A stretch of DNA of 64,000 nt from positions 1-64,000 of the IMG/VR virus record IMGVR_UViG_3300031965_000018, one strand, 5' to 3'. The position numbers were made by a program, and so were the translations under genes. The stretch's first letter is position 1, and every line of letters begins with the position of its first letter. Source of the DNA: a virus. This document shows positions 41,196-49,615 of the stretch, piece by piece. The notes under the pieces are model-generated. The model did no database searches and had not been told where the DNA came from. It saw only the letters and a program-made list of their open reading frames with translations.

Positions 41196-41413
41196 CCCGC
41201 TACGCGGCCCGTAGGCGGGCGCGGGCGGGCCGGGAGGGTAAAGGGTCTAGGGCGGGTCGGAACGCGCCCGTAGGGCCGTCTAGCCCGGTTCCGGGCGGGT
41301 CCGGGCGCTGCCGCGACTCGCCGGAGGCCGCTACCGGCCCGTAGGCGGGCGCTCGGGAAGGCCCGGAGGGTAACGGGCCGACCGGCCCGGAACGCACCCC
41401 GTAGGGCCTACCG
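41196..41413. repeat. GC-rich hairpin element, locus A (two ~80-bp direct sub-copies)
   Basis: Sub-copies at 41206-41285 and 41335-41413 both open with cggcccgtaggcgggcgc. 41204-41229 is the exact reverse complement of 62197-62222. It lies between the convergent + and - arms. Confidence 0.75.
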
Positions 41414-41818
41414 CGCCGTCGCCCGTTCCGGCCCGAAGTCTCCGTAGGCCAGGATCGTCTCCACGTCGGCGTCCATGCGCTTGAACGAGTAGCGGTAAGG
41501 CTCTGCGAGGACTTTGAACAGGTTGAGCTGATCGTCGGTCAGATCGATGTAGCCGAACTGTTTGTTGAGGGTCGCTGACGCGTTATGCACGCCCTCGAAT
41601 CCGTCGATTGGTTCGTCAATGATCGCATCGCCCGGCGAGCCATCGCGTTTGCGGACGACGAAGTTCACGACCCACGCTTCTGTAGACATATTCGGGACCG
41701 AGTACACCCCGTCAATATCCTCATCCCAATTGCGCGGCGTCCCAAGCTTGAAGCGCAACCGCTTGTCCTCTCCTATGAAGAGGAGTCCGTCACTACCCAA
41801 TGTCGTCTCAATTGCCAT
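41408..41818 (-). CDS. hypothetical protein, last gene of tail arm
   Basis: MAIETTLGSDGLLFIGEDKRLRF... SD GAGGAG lies 6 nt before ATG 41818. Confidence 0.5.
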   Translation of the reverse strand: MAIETTLGSDGLLFIGEDKRLRFKLGTPRNWDEDIDGVYSVPNMSTEAWVVNFVVRKRDGSPGDAIIDEPIDGFEGVHNASATLNKQFGYIDLTDDQLNLFKVLAEPYRYSFKRMDADVETILAYGDFGPERATAR

Positions 41819-41919
41819 CTCAGACTCCTCATAAAGAGCGGACACGGAGCATGCGCCAACTCCGTGCCCGCCCAGCGGCGCATCTAGAGCAGGATTGCTC
41901 TAGCTCTGCGCCACGTCTC

Positions 41920-42063
41920 TTACTTGCGACTACCAACACGCCCGTCGAGTACCATATCCATCCACAGCTCCCGATTGGCGCGGAAGGTCTTGAGAGCTTC
42001 GAGCTGAGCCGCTTTGTCACCCTCATTGACCAGTAGCGTCACATCTGCCTCCAGCTCGTCCAT
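41920..42063 (-). CDS. possible small coiled-coil protein (start uncertain)
   Basis: MDELEADVTLLVNEGDKAAQLEALKTFRANRELWMDMVLDGRVGSRK. The same frame stays open about 40 codons further upstream without ATG, GTG or TTG. Confidence 0.3.
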   Translation of the reverse strand: MDELEADVTLLVNEGDKAAQLEALKTFRANRELWMDMVLDGRVGSRK

Positions 42064-42222
42064 CGCAATAGTCAGTCGAGCGCGCAGATCAGGTGCCGCT
42101 ACGACCTTGTCATGCGTCTCGACAATGCGATCATCGAACCTTCCACGAGCCGGTACACCTTCTAGAAGTTCTTCCCGTGACTGCTTTTACCATTCATACG
42201 TCACTCCATTGTTTGATAGAAA

Positions 42223-42894
42223 CTAGCTCCCAGCCGTCAGCGTCAACTCATACGTCGCCTGCAGCGAGTCCTGACTGGCGACGATATTCACTGCCGCGAA
42301 GACGGTGCGGTCTAGAAGCACGCCGCTTCCAACCGCCGCATCACTCAGTACGCCGTGCTCGGTGACGGCGATGGTGCCGCCAGAGTCAGGTGACAAGGTC
42401 GCAACCGTGCGATAGATGTTCGCGCTCGCACCTTCCGTTGTCGTGCCCGTTGGTCGGACGTTGTCCGATGCGTACTGTGTTGTCAGTTCTGTCTCGATGT
42501 CCGTATCCGCGACGTTCTCCCCCGTTGTGCCCGTGCCGAAGCCGTGGAACTTCATGTCTTCCGGTTCCACGAGTCCCTGGAACGCATCGACAATAAAGCC
42601 CACTCCGACCGTCGTCACGACCTTCCGCCCGACCAACCCGAGGTCAGTGAAAGTGCCGTCTGCATGAAGCACCTTCAGGTACAGGCGCGACTCCAGCCAG
42701 ACGTGTCCTGTGATTCGCCCGAAGAATCGGAAGACCGTGAGCTTGAGGTCTTGACTCCAGCGATTGCGCAGCCAGTTGTGCAGTCGCCACGCTCTTGCCG
42801 GTGACCGCATTGTGAGGACGCCCAGGTCACGCTCGACGCTCATTGCGAGCGCCCCGCTCGGCGCCATCTCTCCTACACTATGTTCCTGCTTCAT
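42223..42894 (-). CDS. hypothetical tail-associated structural protein
   Basis: 223-aa track ORF with SD GAGGAG before the ATG, inside the tail fibre gene block. Confidence 0.5.
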   Translation of the reverse strand: MKQEHSVGEMAPSGALAMSVERDLGVLTMRSPARAWRLHNWLRNRWSQDLKLTVFRFFGRITGHVWLESRLYLKVLHADGTFTDLGLVGRKVVTTVGVGFIVDAFQGLVEPEDMKFHGFGTGTTGENVADTDIETELTTQYASDNVRPTGTTTEGASANIYRTVATLSPDSGGTIAVTEHGVLSDAAVGSGVLLDRTVFAAVNIVASQDSLQATYELTLTAGS

Positions 42895-42928
42895 CTGAAT
42901 CTCCTCTGCCGAATTGTGATGGCGTCAT

Positions 42929-43171
42929 CTACTTTGCGAGACGCGCTTCCAGGTTGTCGAGCAGTTCTGCTCGCGTTGCGCCCACCACGCCGATGCGATC
43001 TTCCGTCTCGGGATTCGTGATGGTGAGGCGCTGCTTCCCGTCCCGCGTCGTTGAGAACGCATAGGGCGCACCCGCCGTTCCCCATTCTCCCGTCTTGATC
43101 TGCTCGGCCTGCTCCGGCAGCGCCTTCTCCAGCAGCGTGTTCAATCTCTCTGCGTTCGTGACCTTAGGCAT
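42929..43171 (-). CDS. hypothetical protein
   Basis: 80-aa track ORF between fibre-like genes. Confidence 0.45.
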   Translation of the reverse strand: MPKVTNAERLNTLLEKALPEQAEQIKTGEWGTAGAPYAFSTTRDGKQRLTITNPETEDRIGVVGATRAELLDNLEARLAK

Positions 43172-43179
43172 GACTTCTC

Positions 43180-44559
43180 CTATTCTCCGTGGTACTCTGC
43201 GTCGATGTCGATGCGAGTGACGTACTCCGCTTCGACGGTGATTCGTGGGGCATACTCGGCGCTCAAGGTGAGGCGCGTGACGTATTCGGCGTCAATATCT
43301 ACGCGTGTCGGAACCGCTGCAAGACCGAGCACCTGCGCCAGCGAGCCCGCGAGGCCAATGACCCCAGCGTAGAACTTCAACGCTATACGCGTGAGTGTGC
43401 CAGATAGTGCGACGGACCCGGAAAATGTTCTATCGAAACTCCGAGTCAACACGCCGCTCGGCACGAGTGCACCGCTGAGTGCTTTTGCGGCTGAACGGCT
43501 GAGTGCACCACTCGGGACGACAGACCCAGTAGCAGTGATAAAGTTGAGTGTGATGGTCGTGAGCACACCCGCAAGGCTAAGTGACCCACTCATTAGCTTC
43601 GCGGTCGTGCGGCTCAGTGCGCCAATGGGCGTTAGAGCGCCGGTGAAAACTCGCTGCGAGCTTCGAGCAAGAGAACCGCTCAACGCAAGGGTGCCCACAA
43701 GACCCTTGTTAGTGAGCCGCGAGATCGAGCCGATAGGCGTAAGCGTTCCCGCCACGTCGAGCAGTCGCGTGCTGATGCTCGTAAAAGCACCAGACGGCGT
43801 GATTGCGCCAGCAAGACTCTTGGAAATAAATCGCGCGACCGTACCGGTGACCGCGAGACTCCCGGTCAGCGTCTTGCTTGAAACCCTCGTGAGAGAGCCA
43901 GCAAGTGCAATGCTGCCGCTTGCAGTCTTAGCTACCGCTCGGGACAATGCACCGGATAGCGCGAGCGCTCCGCTGACATCAAGGATCTTTGTTGCTACGG
44001 ATGAAAATGTTCCGGTAGGTGTAAGACTCCCGGTAAGCGCCTTACTGATAAGACGCGAGACGGACCCGAGTAGAGCTGTAGAGCCGTCAAGAGTCTTGCC
44101 TACTACGCGGCTCAGCACACCCGTAGGTGTGAGCGTACCGCTTACACCAAGGAACTTCGTTGCTACGGAGTCGAGTGTACCTATCGGCGTCAGCTCCCCG
44201 GTAAGTAGCTTGCTGACGAAACGGGAGACAGAGCCAACAGGTGTAATGGACCCTGCGACGGCAAGAGTCTTGAGAACAGATGTAGTGAGTGCTCCGGCTA
44301 ATCCGATACTCCCTACTACGACCTTATCCACCAAACGAATGACTGAACCAATAGGGGTAACACTTCCACTTACAGCTTTAGCCGCAGATTTAGTTAGAAT
44401 ACCTGAGAAGGCGATTAAGCCTGATGGCGTAATCTCAAACGTTGTGCCTCCTCCGGCCACGGCCTCCGTATTTATAAACCCGTAGGTCGTCTGATACTGA
44501 CGCTGGGCGTCGGAGGGCTCGTTGACGAATCCGCCGATAGACTGGTACTGCTTCGCCAC
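43180..44559 (-). CDS. tandem-repeat tail fibre-like protein
   Basis: About 19 consecutive 18-19-aa repeats of the type G(S/T)LTPxGxLSRxxxKxLx. The C-terminus has four xIxxxAEYVTR units. Confidence 0.65.
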   Translation of the reverse strand: MAKQYQSIGGFVNEPSDAQRQYQTTYGFINTEAVAGGGTTFEITPSGLIAFSGILTKSAAKAVSGSVTPIGSVIRLVDKVVVGSIGLAGALTTSVLKTLAVAGSITPVGSVSRFVSKLLTGELTPIGTLDSVATKFLGVSGTLTPTGVLSRVVGKTLDGSTALLGSVSRLISKALTGSLTPTGTFSSVATKILDVSGALALSGALSRAVAKTASGSIALAGSLTRVSSKTLTGSLAVTGTVARFISKSLAGAITPSGAFTSISTRLLDVAGTLTPIGSISRLTNKGLVGTLALSGSLARSSQRVFTGALTPIGALSRTTAKLMSGSLSLAGVLTTITLNFITATGSVVPSGALSRSAAKALSGALVPSGVLTRSFDRTFSGSVALSGTLTRIALKFYAGVIGLAGSLAQVLGLAAVPTRVDIDAEYVTRLTLSAEYAPRITVEAEYVTRIDIDAEYHGE

Positions 44560-44562
44560 GGG

Positions 44563-45891
44563 CTAGCTTACCTCGACCTTGGGACAGTAATAGACCGTCG
44601 TCGAGGCCTTCGCCACGCACACGCGGCACCTGACGATGCCCTTCTCTTGCGGGGTGAAGGTGACCGAGAGCTTCTGCTTGACCGGCGTCGTCAGGCCGGT
44701 GGTGGCCCAGGTCTCACTGCTGCTGGTTTGGTTCGCAGGCGTGCCGAAGATCGAATCGGCCACACGGTCAGAGGCAAGCAGCCCCAGTGGAAAGCCCGAC
44801 GTGCCAAGGTATTCCACTTCCAGCCACGCTTCTGCGTCCGTCAGCGTGACGTTATCGGTCACGCACTCGATGGTAGCCGTGATCGCACTACCTACAGTCT
44901 CGTTCCAGAACTCCACGGGCATCGATTCATAGGGCGCGAAAATGAGTGGCGTCGAGAGGGTCACGATCTTACGAGCGATAGCTGTCGTCCCGTCGGACGC
45001 TCCACCCGTTCGGACGACCGTCGTTTCGTGTACCTCGGAGCCCTGATACCAGAACCGCGCAAAGCGGTAATTCGTGTCGGCCGAATCGCAGTTGACCAAC
45101 ATCACGCGCGTGCCGCCCTGTCCTGGACAGGTACCCGTCGTAAAGGCGACACCCGATCCGAGCTTGCAGGCCCGTATATTGATCTCGTTGAATCCGGCCG
45201 CTGACACGTCCACAAGGGCCGACGACGTAGAGGAGGTCAGGGCGCTTAAGTCCACCCCGACAATGTCTACCACACCTGGGTCACCACCCCTCGCTTCGAT
45301 CAGCGCGTCAGGGAAATTGCTACTCGTCGGATCGAACGACCCACCCTCCCACTTGAACCGCTGCGACACGCCGATGCCGCGCCTGTTCACACTACTCATC
45401 ACGCAATCTAGCCACGACACGATTATGTCATCGGTGTTATTACCAGCCGATCCGATATTGACCAGACTCGATGATCCCAGCTGGAAATGGCATTGCGAAA
45501 GAAACAAGGCTCCAGGGTTCGTCGTGGTGCACAAGGCGATCGCGCCGTTTCCGCTGGCGGTGAACTTGATCCCGTGGACGTACGCAAACCCGTTGATCTG
45601 CACTGCGCCGTTGCCGCCCGGGATCGTGATTGTAGCCGTTGCCGCCCGAGCCGTTGGGGGTTCGGCGCCGTCGTTCACGCAGATCACAGGAATAGGTGAG
45701 GCCGCCGTTCCGCTGATCGTATAGACCAGATGGGTGCCACTCGCTCCTACCTCTGCATGCTGATGAGAGACGTAGACGGTATCGCCCACCGATGCGGCCG
45801 TGATCGCCGCCCCTAGAGTGGTATAGGCGTCGGCCCAGGTGGTGCCGTCAGCCGCGCCAGCCGCGCCGGATTTCACATATCGAATGGCCAC
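44563..45891 (-). CDS. tailspike-like protein with right-handed beta-helix (pectate-lyase-fold) features
   Basis: The opening YVKSGAAGAADGTTWADAYTTLGAAITAASVGDTVYV is typical of pectate-lyase-fold proteins. Confidence 0.55.
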   Translation of the reverse strand: MAIRYVKSGAAGAADGTTWADAYTTLGAAITAASVGDTVYVSHQHAEVGASGTHLVYTISGTAASPIPVICVNDGAEPPTARAATATITIPGGNGAVQINGFAYVHGIKFTASGNGAIALCTTTNPGALFLSQCHFQLGSSSLVNIGSAGNNTDDIIVSWLDCVMSSVNRRGIGVSQRFKWEGGSFDPTSSNFPDALIEARGGDPGVVDIVGVDLSALTSSTSSALVDVSAAGFNEINIRACKLGSGVAFTTGTCPGQGGTRVMLVNCDSADTNYRFARFWYQGSEVHETTVVRTGGASDGTTAIARKIVTLSTPLIFAPYESMPVEFWNETVGSAITATIECVTDNVTLTDAEAWLEVEYLGTSGFPLGLLASDRVADSIFGTPANQTSSSETWATTGLTTPVKQKLSVTFTPQEKGIVRCRVCVAKASTTVYYCPKVEVS

Positions 45892-45892
45892 G

Positions 45893-46360
45893 TCACTCTC
45901 CCGTCATCGTCAGCGACGTGTTCAGCGCATCGAACTTCGCCTGCATCCGTGTCTTTAATTGGTTCACCTGCGCCTGAGTCATGCTGAAGAGGGCGCGGAG
46001 CACGGCGTCCGTCTGGGTCAGTAGGAACCCCGCGAGCCTACCGATGATCTCGCCGCTCTCGGTCTGGTAGAGCGCTCGGATGGTCGCGCGTGCATCAGAG
46101 ACGGTGATGTACTCGGTTGTGATGCGGTCGTATTCGCCGACCACGATGAAGGCGATATTGCGCGTCATCTCGCGGTCGGCCGCCTGCTGCTCCAATCGGG
46201 TGACACGCGTGGCCATCACAGCCGCCGCGTCATCCTCCGCTTCGGCCAGATAGGAAACCTCTTCCACGGCACCCAGATGGTCAGTGTGGCGCTCCCGCAC
46301 AGAGCGCCGTCCGTCCACCTGGGCGCGGTCCTCCGCAATCACTGACGAGACGATGGACAT
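45893..46360 (-). CDS. hypothetical protein
   Basis: 155-aa track ORF, coupled to the upstream gene. Confidence 0.45.
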   Translation of the reverse strand: MSIVSSVIAEDRAQVDGRRSVRERHTDHLGAVEEVSYLAEAEDDAAAVMATRVTRLEQQAADREMTRNIAFIVVGEYDRITTEYITVSDARATIRALYQTESGEIIGRLAGFLLTQTDAVLRALFSMTQAQVNQLKTRMQAKFDALNTSLTMTGE

Positions 46361-49101
46361 TACTCGATGACCTTGAAGGTGCCGTCCGGGCGCACCACTC
46401 GCACCCGGTCATCAGCTGAAAGCTGCACGTTCACGTCATCCCACGGCATCGGCTGCGTTTCGATGGTAGTCTCCGCTTTCTCGGAGGGGCCGCAGGCTGT
46501 GCCACCGGGCTCAGGCTCGGTGAGTGTCACCCGTGCGTAGGTGGTGACAACCTCGCGCTCCTGGTGGTCGCCCACGTTCACCCACGGACCCTCGGACACC
46601 GTCTGGACGTCCCACTCGCCCTGGGCGCAGTGGACCGGCTCGGGGTCGTCAGGGTCAGGCTCAGGGTCAGGATTAGGTATCGCACCGACGCCGAACCGGA
46701 AGGTCATCTCCGACTCGGGAATCTTCACGCCGTCAAGTCCCTCGCGCCACGCGACAACCTCGTGCGTGCCCGGCTCCACGCCCGCCAGCCTGTAGAGGCG
46801 GTCATACGGGCCTTGCTTCTGGCCGCCGCTGAGACGCACCGGAGCCCCTCCGTCCACGGAGATGACAGCCGTGCCGTTGGCTTGGGTATAGTCGCCCGTG
46901 AGCACGAGGCGAAGCGTCACCGACGCCACGCCATTCTTGTCCACGTCCACCTGGGCCGGACTGAGCATGTTCGGATAGGTCATCACCGCACGCGGCACCC
47001 CGAGTGCCGGCGCTTCTCCCGGCTCCACCAGGAACGCCCCGATCCCTTCCAGCGTCTCGCCGGATGCCACGTCTCCGCCGAACGCCATGCCGTACTTGGC
47101 CCACGCCTGCGCCATCGTCAACCCGGCTTCTGGGACAAAGAACCAGTGATCGGCGTCCAATGCGGGCCACGCGGCCAGCGACCCGAGCTGCCACGGATGT
47201 AGCAACCGATAGGACTGGCCGGTCCCTTGCCAATTACGAAGCACCCAGGGTGACCCTCGCTGCGACAGCCATTGACCATTGAACTGCACGTACGGCAACG
47301 GCATCCCCGGCTCCCATGCCGGCTCAGAGAGCCCCGCGTCGAAGTAGCGCGGCGGCAGGCCCGGCATGGGTTCGTGCATCACATCGATGTAGGAGAACTC
47401 TTTGAACAACCGCTCGACTCCTGAGATCGAGATGTCCACGACGTTCTGGAGCACGAGTCCACCGAGGAGCTGCATGATCTTCGCGCCACCATTCGAGACC
47501 GCCTTCGCACAGCCGCGAATCTCGCCGCCGTCGATGATGAGGTGGAACGTATAGGCGATCGATGAACTCACCCCCTCTGCCCGACACGCAGCACCCCCGA
47601 TGATACGAGGGTGCACGAGATGTAGCTTGTTGTTGCCGCTGTTGACCGCCCACGCATTCCGCACGCCGTTGTGGACCGAGACGTGATTCTCAATAGGGAA
47701 AATGTTCTGCGATGACCAAACCGCCAGCCCGATGACCTCGTTGCTGCCGGTCACGTTGCCTTCCACGCGAATCGGGATCATCTCCTTGGCGACGGCCGCT
47801 GTGTAGGGCAGGTCAGGCTCGCCGTTGATGCCTGGAATCGTCACCGCGCCGATCCCGACCTGATCGCGATTAAAGAAGCTGATTCCCTCTTGGTTGTTCC
47901 ACGACTCGTTGCGAATGAAGCTGTTGCCGACACCTCGGAACCAGCAGCCCACGCCCTCACCACCAGGCGCGTTGAATCCGTTCGGGTCGGCGTTCGCGCC
48001 CGCGCTCTTGCCGTTACTGAGTGAGTAAGCTGCGAGGTTGCCGCTGAACGTGTTGCGGACCTCCCAGCCGTCCTCGGTGACGAACGCGCCACCTTGGAAG
48101 TCCACGCCGACGCAGTCCTGCACGAACACGTCATGCGTGCCGTGGACCACCTTGGCCCACTTACTGCCGCCCGTGCCCTGGTAGCTGTTGCCGATCGACT
48201 GACGAGTCAGGTCTGGCCGCGAGCCGCAGTGGTGATCGTGATCCGCGTACTTGCCGATCTGGTTCGTGCCGGGCACGATCACGCCGTTGACAGTCTGTGT
48301 GTTGTTAAGCGACAAGAAGGTCGTGCGGCCGACGCCGACGAACTGGTTGTACTGCACATCCCACGACGCGACGTGCCCTACGTTGGCCGTATGAGCACGG
48401 GTGCCCGCCGGGTTCTCCGATCGGATGACGACGTTGTGGGTCAGGTTCGCCACGCGCGGGAAGTCGGAGATCGAGCCGTCCGGGCGGCGGATGCATTCGT
48501 GCTCAAAGTCGAGCGGCTTCGACAAGGTGACGACGTTGCCGGAGATGGCCGCGATGGTGACGGTCGATTCCCGACGAATACGGATGGGGTCTTTGAATTT
48601 CTGATTCTGCTGCCGCGTGTCCGGGATGAGCAGCTCATCACCAACGTGCCAGCCGATAGGCGCGGGCGACAAGGTGAGGGTAGTCGCCCCAGCTTCGATG
48701 TCACCAACGGACATGACGAAGGGCGTCTTCCCCTGTCCGACGCGCGACTGGTAGCCCAGGTTCAGGAGCCCATTACCCCACTGCCACGGATCACGCGCGA
48801 GGTCCAGTGGTGCTTCGAGAAAAATCACTTCCGCTCGACCAGTGATAGGTGCCTCGGCAGTACCCAACTCGAAGCGCCCTGTCGGAAGATTCAGCAAGTG
48901 AATCGTTTCGAGTACAGTCTGTTGCCCAGGGGGTGCAGTGAGCAAGCCAGCGTTCTCGACGGCATCGAAGCGTTGATGCGGATCGAGCGTCACGGTCTCG
49001 CCCTCCTCGACCACCAGCACATTCGGCAGCAGCCGAGCGAACCGAGGAACGATCTCACCGTTGTGTAAAAGAACGTGGTCGGCATTCACTGTGTCATGCA
49101 T
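46360..49101 (-). CDS. large tailspike / putative polysaccharide depolymerase
   Basis: 913 aa from ATG 49101 (MHDTVNADHVLLHNG). Beta-helix-like segments include NVVIRSENPAGTRAHT and GKYADHDHHCG. Confidence 0.5.
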   Translation of the reverse strand: MHDTVNADHVLLHNGEIVPRFARLLPNVLVVEEGETVTLDPHQRFDAVENAGLLTAPPGQQTVLETIHLLNLPTGRFELGTAEAPITGRAEVIFLEAPLDLARDPWQWGNGLLNLGYQSRVGQGKTPFVMSVGDIEAGATTLTLSPAPIGWHVGDELLIPDTRQQNQKFKDPIRIRRESTVTIAAISGNVVTLSKPLDFEHECIRRPDGSISDFPRVANLTHNVVIRSENPAGTRAHTANVGHVASWDVQYNQFVGVGRTTFLSLNNTQTVNGVIVPGTNQIGKYADHDHHCGSRPDLTRQSIGNSYQGTGGSKWAKVVHGTHDVFVQDCVGVDFQGGAFVTEDGWEVRNTFSGNLAAYSLSNGKSAGANADPNGFNAPGGEGVGCWFRGVGNSFIRNESWNNQEGISFFNRDQVGIGAVTIPGINGEPDLPYTAAVAKEMIPIRVEGNVTGSNEVIGLAVWSSQNIFPIENHVSVHNGVRNAWAVNSGNNKLHLVHPRIIGGAACRAEGVSSSIAYTFHLIIDGGEIRGCAKAVSNGGAKIMQLLGGLVLQNVVDISISGVERLFKEFSYIDVMHEPMPGLPPRYFDAGLSEPAWEPGMPLPYVQFNGQWLSQRGSPWVLRNWQGTGQSYRLLHPWQLGSLAAWPALDADHWFFVPEAGLTMAQAWAKYGMAFGGDVASGETLEGIGAFLVEPGEAPALGVPRAVMTYPNMLSPAQVDVDKNGVASVTLRLVLTGDYTQANGTAVISVDGGAPVRLSGGQKQGPYDRLYRLAGVEPGTHEVVAWREGLDGVKIPESEMTFRFGVGAIPNPDPEPDPDDPEPVHCAQGEWDVQTVSEGPWVNVGDHQEREVVTTYARVTLTEPEPGGTACGPSEKAETTIETQPMPWDDVNVQLSADDRVRVVRPDGTFKVIE

Positions 49102-49103
49102 GA

Positions 49104-49403
49104 CTATTTCCCTTCTGCCATCACCTTCAGTCGGCCGTACCCGTGAAACCACACGGGCGGCATAATCCGACGCCGCTTCGGGGCCGTCGGTTGAAACTCA
49201 CAGAACGACCGCAAGTCTGGGCTCCACAGAAAATGCGGCCCCCACCAGAACTTCGACTTCGTGACGATGACGAAGCCGCCCCTGGTCCACCACAGCCGGA
49301 GTGCGTAGAACAAGCAGTTGCTCATCGAGTGGTCACGCACAGGTGCCAGCGAGTGACCACAGGACAGGAAGACGACTGGCTCCAGGTGGCTGCTCAATCT
49401 CAT
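49104..49403 (-). CDS. hypothetical protein
   Basis: 99-aa track ORF, ATGA-coupled (...NCLFYALRLWWTRGGFVIV...). Confidence 0.4.
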   Translation of the reverse strand: MRLSSHLEPVVFLSCGHSLAPVRDHSMSNCLFYALRLWWTRGGFVIVTKSKFWWGPHFLWSPDLRSFCEFQPTAPKRRRIMPPVWFHGYGRLKVMAEGK

Positions 49404-49615
49404 GGGTTCTTGCTTCCCTTATAGATCCGCGCCCACGTGTAAAACCGTACTTCCACGTCCGCACCATCCGCGCGCAGCTCGTAGGCTTCGATGCCGTGGT
49501 CGTGCACCCGCAGCACGAATACTTGCCTCGTAAACTCACGCGAGCTGTAGCCTGGCTGGTAGACTCTGACGGCGTCTCCAGGCGCGGGCTTCACGCTCAC
49601 CGCCCGATCCTCCAC
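49400..49615 (-). CDS. hypothetical protein
   Basis: 71-aa track ORF. Confidence 0.4.
   Translation of the reverse strand: MEDRAVSVKPAPGDAVRVYQPGYSSREFTRQVFVLRVHDHGIEAYELRADGADVEVRFYTWARIYKGSKNP

Noticed and set aside
41165-41200. tRNA-like T-arm (ctaggtcgaacgacctaa) near the + strand terminator, considered as a tRNA or att site
   Set aside because: Only a single 7-bp hairpin is present. There is no acceptor, D or anticodon arm and no GTTCGAATC-type T-loop, and no integrase lies nearby.
41200-41397. ORFs through the GC-rich elements (41200-41397 -, 62159-62617 +, 62171-62662 -) giving Pro/Gly/Arg-rich 'PAYGP' peptides, considered as collagen-like or disordered proteins
   Set aside because: They have no SD or start context and occur in conflicting frames and strands at different loci. 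The sequence is better explained as hairpin-forming repeat DNA. Only the copy inside the HD gene is plausibly translated.
43391-44485. 364-aa + strand ORF antisense to the repeat fibre gene
   Set aside because: It stays open only because of the periodic codon composition of the sense repeats. It has no SD and runs opposite to the whole tail operon. The sense strand has a clear start coupled to its neighbours.
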